NCBI GenBank assembly: GCA_950097015.1 | Contig: CATNEN010000038.1 | Span: 19,158,001-19,222,000, forward strand | Source: Macrostomum hystrix | Taxonomy: Eukaryota; Animalia; Platyhelminthes | Length of the DNA: 64,000 bases | Direction of reading: 5' to 3' | Part shown: positions 61,870 through 64,000 of the stretch, piece by piece | How positions within the stretch are numbered: position 1 is the first letter of the stretch | Layout: every line of letters starts with the position of its first letter | Position numbers and translations under genes: made by a program | The notes under the pieces: model-generated | Seen by the model: only the letters and a program-made list of their open reading frames with translations | The model's database searches: none | What the model was told of the DNA's origin: nothing

Positions 61870-64000
61870 TCACAGAGCAGCCATGACTGGAGTCGGTTTT
61901 CTCAGCGAAGACGCCAAACCCTCCTTGGTGTCTTCCAGGAGCAATTTCACAGTGTCTCCAGCGCAGCCCCAGAACAGTGTCAAGCCTGATCCACCGTGAC
62001 CGTAGTTGTGATAGACCTGCGACAGGCGAGTTGAAGGGGCTTGGCTTGCATTTATGTACGTATGTACATGGGGTCCGAGCTCCATGGATTCCCTTAAGTT
62101 TTTCTCGCATGTACATGGGGGTCTGAGCTCCATGGATTCCCCTAAGTTTTTCGCATGTACATGGGGGTCTGAGCTCCATGGATTCCCCTAAGTTTTTCTC
62201 GCATGTACATGGGGGTCCGAGCTCCATGGATTCCCCCTAAGTTTTTTTCGCATGTACATGGGGGTCCGAGCTCAATGGATTCCCCCAGTTTTTCCCCCAT
62301 GTTCATTGAGTACGGGCTGCAAGGACTCCCCCATTTACACACATGTACGTAGGATAAAAGCTCCATGGATTCCTCATTTCTGTACAAATGTAAATACGGT
62401 CCAATAATATTGGCGAAAACAATCCCAGAACTAACCGTGCAGTTGTGCCGCACCTCCCTCTCCAGACGTATCGCTTCCCGTCCCGGACGCAAGCCGACAC
62501 CGTCCTGCACTATTGGCGCCGACGCCAGCGACGGCCAGAGGCTAGAGACTCGGCGCAGAATGTCCACCTTGTCCTCCGGCGACACCTCCGTGCTCCAGTT
62601 GCCCACCTGAGAGGTGCCACCCAGGACCACCGTGTCCGAGCTAAAATGGCCAAGTTTTTGTGGAACATCTGCCTGCATGTCCGTCAGTTCTGCTGCCTGC
62701 CCATCTCTCATGTCGCACTCACTTAGGCAGGCAGTAGGTCCCAGTCTGGCTATCCATCAGCCAGAAGTTCATCCAAGGCGCTCGCACTCGATGCACCTGG
62801 CCTCTGATTGGGTACATTTTGTCATCGCCGCAGAGCGCCTTGGCGCCCAATCCGGTGCAGTTGACAATGTGCGCGAAGCCGCGAGCCACCAGTGGCTCGA
62901 AGGACGTTAAGCGACAGTTTGAGACTAGGCGACCACCGAGCTTCTGGAATCTGATTTTTTCATATACTCCGGAACATTACAAGTTCTCCTGAACTTTATA
63001 AGTACTCCTGAACTTTATAAGTACTCCTGAGCTTTATAAGTACTCCTGAACTTTATAAGTACTCCTGAAATTTTTAAGTACTCCTGAGCTTTATAAGTAC
63101 TTCTGAACTTTATAAGTACTCCTGAACTTTATAAGTACTTCTGAAATTTTTATAATATCCTGAACATTTCGCAGCATTTGTATTATCATTATGGGTTGAG
63201 TCTCATTTCTTTTTTTTTAAACTTCAGAACTTTATTGGTAAGCAAAAAACTTTTAAAAGTACACGGAAGCAACTAAATCTACTTACTTATCCAGTAGAAA
63301 TGGCAGCAACTTTCTTCCCTCGGCCATGATTGACACATAAAAGTAGCCGCTTTTTATCTCAGCCGGAAACATGGACAATTCCGTCGGCGACATGGTGCGA
63401 AATCCCACTGGAATGTGAGACCAACTGATAACCTGCAGTTTTTTTTAAGGAAAGATATCGATTGAAGTTATTTGAAGCCGGATTAAAAACTAAACTGTTT
63501 TATTTTTACTCACAGGAATCTGTTCAGACCTGTACAGAGTGTAGCCAGGCGTGTAGTGCACTCCATTGTCGTTGGGCGTTGGATTATTGGTCACGATTGA
63601 CTTCAGAAATGCATAGGTTTCCCCTGCCCATGAGCTGGAAAGTACATGTGGTAAACGAGAAATAAAGCACGAATATCTCATTAGCGTAGGCTGGCATCTT
63701 CAGGCTCGCACGCCACCCAGACACAATGTTCCCTGTGTTAGACACAATGTTCCCTGTGTTAGCAACAATGTTCCCTGTGTTAGACACAATGTTCCCTGTG
63801 TTAGACACAATGTTCCCTGTGTTAGCAACAATGTTCCCTGTGTTAGACACAATGTTTCCTGTGTTAAACACAATGTTCCCTGTGTTAGCAAAAATGTTTC
63901 CTGTGTTAGCAAAAATGTTCCCTGGGTTAGACGCAATGTTCTCTGTGTTAAACACAATGTTTCCTATGCTAGGCTCACTCGCTGAGCTGGCTCGGAGTCT
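61870..64000 (-). CDS. DAO: D-amino-acid oxidase / D-aspartate oxidase family, 5' end outside window; exons >64000-63979, 63634-63514, 63432-63287, 62950-62723, 62640-62436, 62016-61870
   Basis: IVNCTGLGAKAL, PIRGQVHRVRAPW, TVVLGGT, VGLRPGR, HNYGHGGSGLTLFWGCA motifs; GT-AG junctions in phase. DAO versus DDO not resolvable by eye. Confidence 0.92.
62060..62375. repeat. ~48-bp tandem repeat in last DAO intron
   Basis: CATGTACATGGGGGTC(C/T)GAGCTCCATGGATTCCCCTAAGTTTTTCTCG, about 5-6 units. Confidence 0.9.
62985..63165. repeat. 19-bp tandem repeat TCCTGAACTTTATAAGTAC near DAO acceptor 62951
   Basis: Directly visible. Confidence 0.9.
63718..63972. repeat. 21-bp tandem repeat ACACAATGTTCCCTGTGTTAG starting about 6 nt after a DAO donor
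   Basis: Directly visible; source of ORFs 63584-63955 and 63700-63957. Confidence 0.93.

Overview
Eukaryotic (metazoan) genomic DNA with spliceosomal GT-AG introns, GC-rich exons and AT-rich introns packed with locus-specific minisatellites. The style suggests a free-living flatworm such as Macrostomum, but that is an inference and the species cannot be fixed from the sequence. Genes reconstructed by hand: a two-LIM CRP/MLP gene (-); two paralogous atypical bZIP-like genes flanking an intronless DHHC palmitoyltransferase (+); prominin (+); caprin (+); a 71-aa single-pass membrane ORF (-); trifunctional C1-THF synthase MTHFD1 (-); a PAN/C-type lectin gene with a 1-nt frameshift (-); and the 3' part of a D-amino-acid/D-aspartate oxidase (-). 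Mobile DNA: three TIR elements (two with 8-bp TSDs), a solo LTR with a 5-bp TSD, three tRNA-headed SINE families, a decayed non-LTR reverse transcriptase, a decayed intron-containing transposase-like gene and a two-copy minisatellite-carrying element. Most long ORFs in the track are artefacts of tandem repeats. Best leads: (1) about 24 unrelated minisatellites that crowd splice sites, one of which is a tandem amplification of the 5' splice site itself, with a recurrent TTAG/CTAA core; (2) a bZIP-like pair with a proline-broken zipper and a shared unrecognised C-terminal module; (3) inverted SINEs bracketing one prominin exon (circRNA candidate); (4) a perfect 19-bp palindrome inside an exon-like 57-nt segment. 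No database searches were run; all coordinates were counted by hand.
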